From contig OZ176057.1 of NCBI GenBank assembly GCA_964247055.1, forward strand, positions 1,612,001-1,676,000: 64,000 nt of DNA, read 5' to 3'. The position numbers were made by a program, and so were the translations under genes. The stretch is from Paragordius varius (taxonomy: Eukaryota > Animalia > Nematomorpha). Below the pieces are notes generated by a model that saw nothing but the letters and a program-made list of their open reading frames with translations, did no database searches and was not told the DNA's origin. Below, in pieces: positions 52,101 through 64,000 of this stretch (the first letter of the stretch is position 1; every line of letters starts with the position of its first letter).

Positions 52101-55100
52101 AAGGTTATTTTTTAAATTTAACTTAATGTATTAGTTGTTAAATTTTTACATAATATTTCTAAAATATCGGAATTATGAATAATTCGGAAAATCTGATCTA
52201 TAAACTTAATAAAAATTATAGTTACTAAAAATATTTATTGTAATGAAAATATTTTAATAATAATTTTTATGGTAATTAAAGAGATAAATAAACTTTTTTT
52301 TTACCTACAAAAGGCGGAAACTCGTGCCGAATTTGCTGAGCGCTCTGTACAGAAATTACAAAAAGAAGTTGATCGCCTTGAAGGTATATATTTGTAATTA
52401 AACCATGTGTGAATAGCAAATAGAATTACATTAAAATTTTATATTAAAAATAACGCAAATGAATGATCTTTTAAATGTTATAAAAACTGCGATCGCCAAA
52501 AAAAAGTGTAAAAAAATTTATATTTTATGTACAAATTTGTAGAATTTAATTGGAAAATTTATTGTTTAATTTATTTTGTCTCAATGTCAAAATACCAAAA
52601 TATTAAGTCATGTTTGCGAAATCGGTTAATTTATAAATGGATGGGGTTTATTTTAATTGTCAACTCTAATCAGATTAACTAAAGTGAGAAATTATGAAAT
52701 TTATTAAGGATATAATGAAAGCTTTTATTTTTTCGATTGCAGGCAGCATTTTTTGTTTAAAAAAACAGTCTTAAAAATTTTATTTTACCTAATTTTTCTG
52801 TGTTTAAACCATCACAAAAACTTTAATAAGTAATTTTAAAAAATGATAAAAACTAGATTGGCATATAAATTTTACGTATACCATTACCTTGAGTGTGTTG
52901 TGCGTGTGCTATAATTATATAACAGTAAAAAAGGGAATCATACGAACAAAACTTAAAAATTATAGGACAAAATTTATTTTTAAAAGACAACCCTAATTAT
53001 ATTTTTAAATTTTTTTGTATATATATATATATATATATATTAAATATAGATGTTATTGGAACACTAATTATATATTTTAAAATTGTATGCAATACACATT
53101 ACGGTTTCAAAAAAGGTATGGTTGTCTTTTTGAAAAATATTTGTCCATCCTATATTTTTTACGTTTTGTCTGTAAATTTTCATTTTTACTGTATATGTAC
53201 CTTCTTTGTGTGATATTTTAACTCGTAGATTCAGAATGGCTTATATTTTTACTTTTGTAGTTAAAACTATTTTTTATCAAGATCTTTATATTATATATCA
53301 TAAATATTTTTAAAGTTTGTTTAATTAAACGATTGGGGTGGTATTTAAAGAAATCTAATAATTTATATTGTGTCTAATATTTTTTATGGTTAAGAAAAAA
53401 ACCCTTAAAATTAAAATTAAATATTCTTCGTCAACAACATTAAATATTTCTTGTAAAATACATCATTCATACACACAAATATATAATTACTTGACCTTTT
53501 AAAATACTAGATTTTTTTAAAAATATGTAATTTAATTCCGACTTATAACACAAACACTCATACTCACACTAAAATTAAACTTAGACGAATTGGTCCACGA
53601 AAAGGAAAAATATAAGGCCGTTAGCGAAGAGTTAGATCATACTTTCCAGGAGCTTTCTGGATACTAGAAAGAAAAAATTTTGGTCACTCTCGGATATTTA
53701 CGCCATTTTTCAATTTTTATTTTTACAAAAATTAATTAATAATGTATATAACAACAATCTTTATTTCAAAACAAACAAATACCATTAAAAATTTCGAATA
53801 AATATGCGTGTATAGGCTAAAACTTCTCTGTATGCATTAATTATAAAATCTCTAATTTTTACTTAACTAACTTTTATTTTATTACCTTTTACGTAAATAT
53901 TTATATTGCAATAATAGTTTTTTTGAAATAACAAAATATAAATTAAACTTATTATCATGTAAATTGATAATATTTTAATGTTAAAAGTAATAGATTGTAA
54001 AATATTCCGCCCTATTGTATATATATATGATTGCTATATATTAATCTATATTTAGCCTTATATGACTCAATTTTAATCCACTACAAATTAATTATAATTT
54101 ACATTTTGCCAAATATATATTTATATTTTAATATTTTTTTTCATTTAAGATTATACTTGTTAATTTAAATTAAACCTAATTATATATGATGAGGATAGAT
54201 ATAGTTTTATTTTTATTTGTTTGAAAAATGCCTAAACAACAAAAATTTTTAAATCAACCCATGTTTGCTTTATAATGTATTTTTATGTTATTATGAATTT
54301 TTTTTCCTGAGGTATTGAAATTTTAAATCAACGCAGCCAATGTACATCCTAACCTTACTTATACTTAAAAAATATATAAACAACATTGTAAATTTTTCTG
54401 TCTCCCCCCTTCATTTTTTTTCACCCTGATCATGAATAAATTAAATAAATTATTATTGATTATATTTGACAATATAGGATTGTTGATAAAATTTGCTAAG
54501 CGCGATAACCTTTGTTGCATGTCTAAAATTATATATTCTATCGATTATTAACAAAGCGAACACAAAATATCCTGATGGAATAAACATATTCCCATAGTAT
54601 ACAGGATTCTGATAATTCTTTTATTTTTGAGCCTTACAATTGATATATAAATGTTAATACCACTTTTGCGGTAACTGCTCCTTATGAGAAAATGTCAAAA
54701 TTTATAATTAATATTTTTTGGTGAAAGATAATTGTTTCACTCCAAAAAAAGATTACAAAGATAGTTAAGTGAATATAAATAGCAAGACAATACAATATTT
54801 TTATAAAATTTAATTTTAGATATGGCTCCAAATGTCTCAAATATTTTGACTAGTGTAAACTGCGAAATAAATATAATACATATCTGCTAAATTTTAACAT
54901 GTTTTCCAAAAAATTGACTAAATGAATGGTAAAAATTTGGGGAAATGGGCTTTATATTATTTTAAAGCATGGTGGAAACGGTAATCGTTTTAGGATTTAA
55001 AAAAGTCTTTTTCCATATAATTGATGCGGAACATTTTTACCACATCATTTAATTTTATTTGAATGGATATTTTAAAAACACTTAATTTGTTATAAATTTG

Positions 55101-58100
55101 AAACGAAACTTATATTTATGAGAAAATGTATCAAGCTATGGTCATCTCATAATATCAACCTAAAATCAAAAGTACACTGGTCAAATCTCTGATCTGCCCC
55201 ATGCTTTACGCCGGTGTACACCATATAAGAAAGGGGAAAGCTATATTAATTTTTTCGCCAGATCAATTCGGAAGATAAAATTAAAAACGGTGAAATTGTT
55301 GATAAAACCAACCGAAATATTATTTAGTTTGTGCCTTAAAATGATGCTCTCTTCGGCCATATCACTATAGACAAAAACTGGGAGTATCAGCTCATGTCGG
55401 GAGAATTCGAAGGTTTTAGAAAACGCATTAGATGCTAAATGCGTTGGATTGATACTTAACTCAAACCAAGCTAACAATGCAACAGTTATTAATCACACTA
55501 AACCGTACAAGCTGAAATTACAGTTGCGAAATAGCGACGAATCGACTTGGATCTAAGCTAGAACAAAAAAAGTTATATATCGTGTGCACCATGCTTTAAA
55601 ATAGGAAAACTACTTCACCAAAATTTTGCCATAAATTAAATTTTAATTGGGCAACAATTATTGCCTTTAGTTAAAAAAAACTTGTATATTTTACATGATT
55701 TAAACAGGACATCATAGCCCACATCTAAAAGTTAATAAAATAATGATATATTTTAGTATATTATATTTGATATGAAGCATAAATTTCACTAAAATAGTTA
55801 GCGAAATGCGTGTAAATTTGTCATTTTCTGACATGCACCTACCACAAAAGCCGAAATAACTTACTTAAATTATTCACAAGACCCAAAGCAAAAGCATAAA
55901 ATAATGGATTATCAAATATAATAGATCTTCAGGATATATTTTATACCTTCCGAATTGCGCAATGTATATCATTGTGTGCCATTTTGGGATGGAAATTGGT
56001 TTTTTTAATTTACATTAGTGAAACTCAGGAAATTAGAGGCGGAAAATTTTAGGGGTCTCAAGTTGAATATGCGTTTAGTTGTTTTATTAGGATGCGTCCA
56101 AAATTAAAGTGGATCTTTTAACCAAAACGCAAAAATCAGATTTTTGGAAATAATTTTTTAACTTTATTGTGGGCAAAAAGATAAGAAAAATATATCTAAT
56201 GTTTTGTTGAAAAATTCAATTTTGGTATCTTACCTCCTTGATAAAAATGTGCTTAACATGTTAGATACTATGATAGAGATCTAAAATAACGTAAAAATAA
56301 AATATTTATAGTATAAATGTAAAACATGCTTTAAAAGTTATAAAACTAAGTTTGGTAATGTTATTTGATGAAACAAATATATTTTTTTGTTAAACCATCT
56401 CACTATTGAACGGGTTAATCTCATGTTTTAATATAAGAATTAAATAAATAAACTGATTTCCGCATTCTAAAACAGTCATAGATAATAAAAACTGAGGAAA
56501 TCATTTGTGATAATTCATTTTTGCACTTTAAACGCTATACTTTTAAATGTCGAAGATTATTGAAACACCAGTAAAGCTTGCGTGATATATATTGCAAATT
56601 AAGGTTTTAACATAATAATACATTGAGAAAAAAGAAAATTCTTTGTAACATTTTGACTGTATTTAATTATACACCATGGAAAAGGACCTAATTTTTTTCG
56701 CAATTTGGAAGCTGGTGATTATGATACCATAATATTTAATTTAAAAAACCACATTTTAGACTTTTTAAAATTTCAGTGTCCTAACTAAGCAGTAAAATTG
56801 GGATATTCGGTTATTATACCAGGTTTAATTGGGGAAAAAGTGTAATATTTTAGTTGTCCAAACGCTAGTATATTACATCCCATGTTAACCCTAAATATAA
56901 TTTATACGTTTATGCGCTAATCTCTAACTCGTTATTATTTTCATTTGTTTTTGGGAGAGTTTATTTTTCTTTTATTTTAATTAACAAATTACCATTATAA
57001 AATATCAAATAGATATAATTCAAACCAAAAACATATTTATTTTTAGGAGGTTGAAATGTTCAAGGTTGAATTTAAGGAAAATATTTTGAATTGTTTAAGG
57101 TCGAATTTGAGGTGGAAAATGGTATGCGATTATTTTAAAATAATACATTTTTATCTACCCCCTGTACCGAGTTTCAAATATTAATTTATTGAAAAGTATC
57201 AAATTTGATTATAAGAAACTCTTGGAATAAAAAATTTGAACATAATAAAAATAGCTTATTTTTTGCATTTTTAGTGGAAGATAGGTCAGTATGTTAAACT
57301 TATATGAATGTTGTCCCTCGAAAAATTTTAACGACAGGCCTCTTGAAATCGATGAATTATAGCCATTTTAAAGATTATCACTTTGTAAAAATAATGCTCC
57401 AAATCATAAAAAAATATCCAAAATGAAGTCCCATGAAGGCAAACAAGACAACTCAAATGAGGAATGAGCTAAAATGATAAATATTGCAAATTTAATCAAT
57501 TTTATCATGATAATGGCTCTAATCATATAAAGTTTAACATAACCTTAGCATGCTAAAAGATACATGATTTTCTAAAAAGTTTTTAAATAAAAATGCCACC
57601 AGAATTTGATATGGAACTTTTTTGTATAGATATAATTTATTTTTCAGATAGGTGAAAAATATAAATTAGAACCACCACCATTTTAGCGTTTAGATAATAT
57701 TAATTTAAAAAAGCTGGGCTCCAGGTTGATATAATATATTTGGCGTTCTTAACATCAGTTGTTTTCAAAAAACAATTTTTTAATTAACCATCATTGCCAA
57801 TGCCTATGTAGCATACAGTAAATTTTCTTGTATATTATTAAAAATTATATATACACTTTAAAGATTTTTAGAATAAACTTTAAATTTCGTATTACCAAAG
57901 TTTTTTTAGCAAAGTCAACTTTAGCCATGAGTTTGTAAAAATGAAAAAGTAATAGAAATTTTATGAGTTTATTGTGAAACTAAAGTCGTCAGTACTAATC
58001 ACACTAAATAAAATGTGGCAATAACAAAGTGACTAAGTCACCTAAGATGAATGCCCTTTAATTTATATTACATAGAACAAGAAATTCTACCAAAAAATTT

Positions 58101-58868
58101 TAACTGAAAGTTTTTAGCAAACTGAGATATTCAGCATATGAGTATCTTATAATTAATGGTCTACCTTTTGTTAAAGCAACTAAATACACATTACAAAAAC
58201 ATAAAAATGTTCTAATTTTAAGCTCTAGAGCAGAGGACATATGACTTTGCGGGTCGAATTCGCAAAATATATGGTAGCAAATGCCTTATTAGTTTGTAAA
58301 CAGAAGAATGTACAAACTACTATTTAACAACTTTTGAGTTCATTGCCGAAATTTGGGAAAAATTATTCAAAAAAATTAATTTTCATTAAATTTCGTATAA
58401 TTTTACATTTGAAATTTCTTGCAAGCAGGCTGCAGAAATATATCAGAGGGCCACGTGCCCCTGCTAAAAGAGACTGCAGCTAAAAGGTAATATGCTAGAC
58501 AAGTGGTACCCACCAAAAAATTATCAGGAACCGCTAAAAAAATTTATTTTGTCTCAAGGGCAGTGCATCCTATATTTCTGAAACTTTTAGGGCCAGGAGC
58601 GGTTTCAAGGCCGCGCTATTAGTATCACTGCTCTAGACTATCCGTTAAACGATGTATTTTTTTGGCTTTTGGAAAAATATTTGTAAAAAATTATTGCACG
58701 TCTGTGTTTGAAATTTTAACCTTGTTAATTTCTTTGGTGTTTTATAAATATATTTTTTTTATTTTTAAAAATTTCAAATTTTTAGATGAATTGGTCCATG
58801 AGAAAGAAAGATACAAGCTAATAAGTCACGATTTGGATCAGACTTTCCAGGATTTATCGGGTTACTAA
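42072..58868 (+). CDS. Tm: Tropomyosin, alternatively spliced (284-aa long isoform)
   Basis: Exons: 1a 42072-42185, 2 43935-44060, 1b 44872-45117, 3 46180-46313, 4a 47972-48089, 4b 48511-48628, 5a 49155-49225, 5b 49731-49801, 6 51355-51430, 7 51882-51944, 8 52314-52383, 9a 53585-53667, 9b 58786-58868. One exon from each pair gives 852 nt plus stop = 284 aa. Diagnostic peptides: [79 protein letters not shown]. Confidence 0.97.
44872..45117 (+). CDS. Tm: Tropomyosin alternative first exon (short/cytoplasmic-type isoform), possibly with a 43-aa N-terminal extension
   Basis: [39 protein letters not shown] (second ATG at 45001) resembles the LDVLKKKMRQ-type internal first exon of invertebrate cytoplasmic tropomyosins. 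Phase-0 GT donor at 45118 fits exon 3. Confidence 0.88.
45471..45640. mobile_element. Small MITE-like inverted-repeat element
   Basis: Arms TACATTGCTAG..AAAG...TGCCAAATAGCATAT / ATATGCTATTTGGCA...CTTTCTAGCAATGTA. A second copy lies at ~61911-62075. Confidence 0.6.
47020..47200. mobile_element. MITE-like inverted-repeat element
   Basis: Arms ATGGTTGC..CATTATAGTAGGGCAATTTGCA / TGCAAATTGTCCAACTATAATGTG..GCAACCAT. A related copy lies at ~11775-11910. Confidence 0.55.
47972..48628 (+). CDS. Tm: Tropomyosin mutually exclusive exon pair 4a/4b
   Basis: Two 118-nt exons (47972-48089 [39 protein letters not shown]; 48511-48628 [39 protein letters not shown]) with the same phases; including both would shift the frame. 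Confidence 0.92.
48751..49025 (+). promoter_or_regulatory. Intronic splicing-regulatory cluster (UGCAUG x4, ACUAAY x3)
   Basis: TGCATG at 48751, 48832, 48939, 49009; ACTAAT/ACTAAC at 49002, 49016, 49020. All lie in the 526-nt intron between exons 4b and 5a. Confidence 0.6.
49155..49801 (+). CDS. Tm: Tropomyosin mutually exclusive exon pair 5a/5b
   Basis: Two 71-nt exons (49155-49225 [24 protein letters not shown]; 49731-49801 [24 protein letters not shown]) with the same phases. Confidence 0.92.
52922..53192. mobile_element. MITE family with ACAGTAAAAA/TTTTTACTGT ends
   Basis: Long imperfect inverted arms containing ACGAACAAAAC and AAAGACAACC. Related copies or fragments at ~12959-13172, ~13840-13930, ~16120, 40374-40657 and ~62370-62610. 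Confidence 0.7.
53585..53667 (+). CDS. Tm: Tropomyosin terminal exon 9a
   Basis: (D)[26 protein letters not shown] then TAG; AG acceptor at 53583-53584; AATAAA at ~53797. Confidence 0.93.
55100..55560 (+). mobile_element. Decayed non-LTR retrotransposon (RTE-like) ORF2 C-terminal fragment
   Basis: Across frameshifts and stops it reads [13 protein letters not shown] / [14 protein letters not shown] ... [35 protein letters not shown]. This resembles the RTE/BovB-type pattern LxTKxRLVKxxVxPVxxYG ... YFGHxxR...LMxGKIEGxRxRGRxRMRWxD, as I recall it. Confidence 0.6.
58231..58630. mobile_element. Non-autonomous hAT-like DNA element, 400 bp
   Basis: Begins CAG, ends CTG, and is flanked by the 8-bp near-duplication CTCTAGAG (58223-58230) / CTCTAGAC (58631-58638). 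Interior is more GC-rich than the flanks. The 8-bp NTCTAGAN target is characteristic of Charlie-type hAT elements. Confidence 0.65.
58786..58868 (+). CDS. Tm: Tropomyosin terminal exon 9b
   Basis: (D)[26 protein letters not shown] then TAA; AG acceptor at 58784-58785; same 83-nt length as exon 9a. Confidence 0.93.
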
Positions 58869-60758
58869 CAAAAAAGACAATTAGAGATGTCTGTTATCGA
58901 TTAATTTTCTTTTCCGCCAAACTTTATTTTCAAAAGAGTAATTAATTTTAGCACAATTTCTTTAAGTCACATCTATTATATGCTTTAAAACTTTTGAACA
59001 ATTAAATATACATGTGAATATAGTTACTTATAGTTATATTTAATGGAGTCTTATATAAAAATAAATGAAATCTATATTCGTTTTGCTTTTAAATATAATG
59101 GCAATAAAATATATTTAAAAATACGTTCTTTTTGGTGAAGGAAAATTATAAATCCCAACGTAGACTAAAAAAAATCAAATTAAAAAGATTCTTTTTTAGT
59201 AATTCTGGATTTTTTGATTTAGAAAATAAGGATTATATTTGTGAATTGGTAAGCTCAGTACACGGTGCTCAAAATCAAGATTTCAAAAACATTGTGATAA
59301 ATGCTTGAGCAAATTTCATGTTGACTTTTGTATTATTGTTCCATATTAAAAAATCGGATTGCGAAATAACTATTTTTGTTGAAAGCCTAAACGCTTCATA
59401 GAATAAATAGATTAATAACTATTTTAAAGGAAAATAAATTATTTAAAATTTTTGGCCCCCTCTAAAGTAAGATACTTTTCTTAAACACAATGTCTAATAT
59501 TTCAACAAATGAATTTTGCATTTTTTTGTGTAATCATATGAGTAATATAAAAAAATCAAGGATCAAAAATATCGTTTTTTACTTAAAATATAATTTTATT
59601 AGAATAATATTAAAACAGAGAAATTTTAAAATAATAAATCGAAAAGTATTTTACACCTCAAATCGAATAATATTAAAATTTACGATATTGTATATTGAGG
59701 CTTAGGGCGTTGATGCTATCGGTTTTTTACACAATTCTACCATTTACACTTTTAGTTCAACCTACCCTCGAACAATTCAAATTCACCCTAAAATAAATTA
59801 TGTGATTTTTATGATTTAAAATTACCTATATTTTATTATATTTTAAAAAAATAATTTATTTTTCAAACTTAAAATTATACTGAAAAAATAAGAAATTATG
59901 CCATAAAGTATATTAGATATATATTAGCCTCAAAACAAAATTTAAGTTTTCGAAGTAATTGTTGAAGGGGTAATCGGTTGTAAATGGTATATATGTGAAA
60001 ATTAAAAAATGTACAAAAAAGTACATATTATTTATTATATTTTTCCAAATAATTCTACAGCATTTGGGTGAAATAAAATAAAACACAAAAATAAATATAA
60101 AATTGCTACAATTTTGGAATTATAAAAAAGATTCTATGGATCGAAGCTTTAGCTTTTTGGTTATATTCATTGTCAAATAAAAAACAACAACTGTCACGTT
60201 TAAGAATAGTTTAAAATAAATAATTAAAAATAAAAAAAAAATTGTGTTTTGCGTGTATAAGTTTGCAAACCTGTAAGGGAACAGCTATTCTAATATAATG
60301 TAAAAATTAAAATGAGTAAAAATACTTTGCTAGCAGATTTATTTTTAGAATAAAATATTACCGGATTCATTTAAGCAGAGAGCAGTATTATTATTTATCA
60401 GCAAGAAAAAGCTAATTAAAACATCCTTCTTTTTAGCAAAATTGAGAGATTACACATTATATTTTATGAAATTTATTAAAAAATTAAACTGAAATGCGTA
60501 TATTATAAATATATATATTTTAATTTTCGACTTAGGTGGTAAAGTCTTTATCGAAAAAAAAATCTAAAATATATATTTTTATAATTTACGCATTTCAGCT
60601 TAATTTTTTTAAATAAAATCCTTCTTTCTAACCACCAATAAGCCAATTATTACTCTTTACTATGAAAATGCTCTCCAGCTATATGAAAATGAAAAAAAAA
60701 ACCCACTAGCAATGCATTTTTTACTACTCATAATACACATGTAAAAAATAAGTGATAT

Positions 60759-61789
60759 TTATCGTGAACAAACGACACAATTTATAATTTTGTCAGGGGC
60801 ATAAGAGTTACAATCAAGGACACCCTCGGCACAAATCGGTGAAACCAAGTACAGAGCTGAGCCATCACCCTTAATTTTTTTCTCCTTTCCAGCATTGTGG
60901 TCTGACGTTTCGCCCTCTTCATCCACACATATATATTCGGAACGAGCAAATTGATTATTGAGTGACATGATGAATCCCTTGTATTCCAAATCCCAACCCG
61001 GGGGACAATTTTGTTTGGCTGGCACCATGACAGAAACGGCGACCTACAATTGTATTTGCATTAACATTGAGGGTTTTGAAGAAAAAAAATGAAAAGTTTG
61101 GATGCACTTTTTGAAACGTTTACATTAAAATTTTATAATATTGGGCTTTAAAATTATGAGGTATATTTTTAATTGTAATAATTTCAAAAGGACTTGTTAC
61201 AGATTGAAGATAGTTGAGTGTGGTTTAAACTACATAATTTTAACGTTATAAAAAACTGGGTGCAATGCAATCGAATTATTGCGAAATAAATTTTAAACTT
61301 GTTCGCATAATGAATAGAAGTAATTGTTCTATATTTACTAATTAAATAATAATTTATAAGAGGAAATGGTACGCTTTTAGTTCAAACCATGTTTGAGTTG
61401 AGTTCTGTATAAAATTTTGTCCTTATATAAATAATGGCTTATTTTGAACTTAATGTTCTAATCTTAAATCCTAAACTAACACAATTTTAAAATATTAAAT
61501 ATTGTTGATCTTAACATAAAACTCTCAAATAAAACAGCCTAGTTTAAAAAGGAGAAAATAAATGTAAAATTCACCTTAGGCAGGTAGCAAACAGCACAAA
61601 CGGCTGGTTTCTGTTTTATGCCCTGACTGACGAATGGATTAGCGTTGGGGTAAACGCGATACTCAGCGCCATATATGAAGGACATTGATTGGACACCTTG
61701 GATTATATCCCAAAACTGAGGAGTTTCGGGTAGGCACATGTAATTTGCACCGCTCCCAGGAAATAGGTAATGACCGCCACTGATGAAAC
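60759..61789 (-). CDS. Second short-chain collagen C4-like gene, last two exons only (5' part beyond the window)
   Basis: Exon 61789-61575 (GFISGGHYLFPGSGANYMCLPETP...IYGAEY...PAVCAVCYLPK) is spliced in phase 0 to 61043-60759 (VAVSVMVPAKQNCPPGWDLEYKGFIM...YICVDEE...CVVCSR stop). Clearly homologous to exons 11-12 of the first collagen. No upstream YxRWG or Gly-X-Y exon was seen before 64000. Confidence 0.88.
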
Positions 61790-64000
61790 CTATACACGAT
61801 AAAAAGATATTTAATATGTTAAGTCTATAGTTTTTTAAAATAACATTTACACTTTGAATTCGCCTTTAAACAATTCAAATATACCCTTGAACAATTACAG
61901 TATGTATATGTATACATTGATAGAAGGTTAGTAATTATTGCCAAATAGCATATAAAAACAAAGGGAGGTATTATTGGCTTAAAGTTATTTTTTTTACTTT
62001 TAACTATCATTAGACGATGTCTCTTTGCTGAATAAGCTATTTAGCATTTTTTATAAACTTTCTATTCAATTATACTTAATCATACAGTAATTCACCCTAA
62101 AATAAATTAGTGTTTTTTTAAGATTAAAAATTTTTTATAGTTTTAAAAATGTGACGAGTTATATTAGCCCGAAATCACATAATTTATTTTTAGAGTGAAT
62201 TTGAATTGTTCGAATGTGATTTTGAATTGTTGAGGGTGAAATCGAAATGTTCAAGTGTGAATTACATAAATGGTATATATATATATATATATATGTATTG
62301 CCATATAGAATTTACAGTAAAAAGCTATTTTTCTTGCCTAAAAAGAAATACTTTTAGTAACGTTGTTATACAGTAAAAATGTAAATTATACAAACGTAAA
62401 AATTATATGACAAATTTTTTTTCAAACCTGTTTGTAAACTTGATGTTTTTAGTATACAACAATATATTGGCTTCCGAAATAGTGATGATGTGAAACACTT
62501 AATTTTATATTTTAATATAATTATAAATTTATAGAGGAATAATTAAAGTTTGAAAAAATGTGGTTGTCATTAATAATTTTTTATTTACGTTTTGTCTGTA
62601 TGTTTTTTGTTTAAACTATAAACACGATAATATATTTTAAATTGTTTATAGTAACGACCGTTAAAGAAAATTTTTATATTGTAAATTCTCACTTATATTG
62701 ACCACAATTCTACTGGAAATATCCGAAACCGTTTAAGTTTTGAGTTTATAATGAAAACAGTTCCGTATAAAACATTCTGCCCAAATTTTTTACCAAAAAA
62801 TATTTCCCATACTAATAAAATTGTCCAACGTAATTTTGGCTATATTATTATAAGCCTTCAACCTTAAATTAGATTATGGTATATAACTTTGATACATGTT
62901 AATTGACAACCTAAAAGTTAAATAATTAAAATAATTTTATGGAGCTGTTTGTTAGAAACGAGACTTACGATTAAAAAAACAATAGTTACGTCACAAAAAA
63001 AACGGTTAAGGTTCAAATATTTTTATAAATTTTAAAAACAACAATCTTCATATTTACCCCCATTATTAAATAGATGGCATATACAAATATATATCAACGT
63101 GCATTTATATCATTTTAATATTTGTGGGTTATTTTATCAAAATTTACGGGAAAGTTCGTTAGTATTTAAAATAATTGAATATGGCTATTAAAGGCTAAAA
63201 TTAACGGATTTTCATAAAAATATAATTTATAAAAGCTTCAAATTGAAACCGGTTCTGGTTCTTGAGATTAGGAACCTAAAATTTTTGAAAATCTTTTTTC
63301 TTACAAAATATTTAAATAAAATATTTTAATTAATAAGTATACTAATTTATATATATCATTTACAATTCATATTCACCCTTAAATAATTTAAAATTACCCT
63401 TGAACAATTAAAAATCACCCTCAAAGAAACTATATGTTTTTTAAGATTAAAAATTACCTATATTTTTTTAAAAAAAAATCCTAAATTAAAATAATGGTAA
63501 AAAATAATAAACTATGCCATAAAGATATAATCTTATTAATAATAATGAGTTATGTTAGTTAAATGCATAATATATTTGGGTGAAATTAATTTGGTCGAGG
63601 TTAAATTTGAACAAATTATATATAATATGCAATACATATATTATATATATATATTGTCAGATCAAAATACATAATAATTAATGATCAATATTAATAAAAA
63701 AATTGGCAGACGTATCAACTTTTGATTAATAACAAATAAGATGATCAAAATTTGATTTTTATAAATAAGTTTTATATAATAATTAAAAATTTAAACGTAT
63801 GCCAAAATTATTTTATTATTCTAAATCTGGAAGCACTAAATTTTAATGATTATTTATATATAATAATATGCAAATATAGTAAAATTAAAATTAGTTTTCT
63901 AAATTGTAAAATTAATTTGTGATTGATTTTTTGTAAATAAAAATCCTTTTATTGTATTTTTGATACAGACTATTCCTTAGCTTCCATGCAAATAATATCG

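Noticed and set aside
54479-54550. Possible third tropomyosin terminal exon ([24 protein letters not shown] stop)
   Set aside because: Right phase and roughly the right length, but no similarity to 9a/9b and no heptad pattern.
55241-55477. 78-aa minus-strand ORF
   Set aside because: Antisense shadow of the decayed LINE-like fragment.
483-62010. Remaining 60-90 aa AT-rich ORFs (e.g. 483-674, 11787-12062, 12162-12392, 39221-39409, 46521-46749, 47214-47417, 59490-59705, 61825-62010)
   Set aside because: F/I/K/L/N/Y-biased chance ORFs in introns or repeats, lacking splice or homology support.

Overview
Very AT-rich eukaryotic (invertebrate animal) DNA with GT-AG introns. Five protein-coding genes were reconstructed by hand from splice sites and reading phase. 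(1) A 12-exon minus-strand collagen (945-14830, about 898 aa): cytoplasmic N-terminus, one TM helix, two furin-type sites, 149 uninterrupted Gly-X-Y triplets and a C-terminal spongin/short-chain-collagen-C4-like domain. Its last intron holds a tandem array of copies of the final exon's own 3' splice site. (2,3) A head-to-tail duplication of about 7.4-7.7 kb (21625-36729) carrying two intact 5-exon copies of an unrecognised 458-aa secreted glycoprotein gene. (4) A plus-strand tropomyosin gene (42072-58868, 284-aa form) with two alternative first exons, two pairs of mutually exclusive internal exons and two terminal exons. (5) The last two exons of a second short-chain-collagen-C4-like gene (minus strand) whose 5' part lies beyond the window. 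Introns and intergenic DNA contain several MITE-like families, a 400-bp hAT-like element, a decayed RTE-type LINE fragment and (AT)n microsatellites. No rRNA, tRNA or CRISPR array was seen. All counts are manual and no database was searched.
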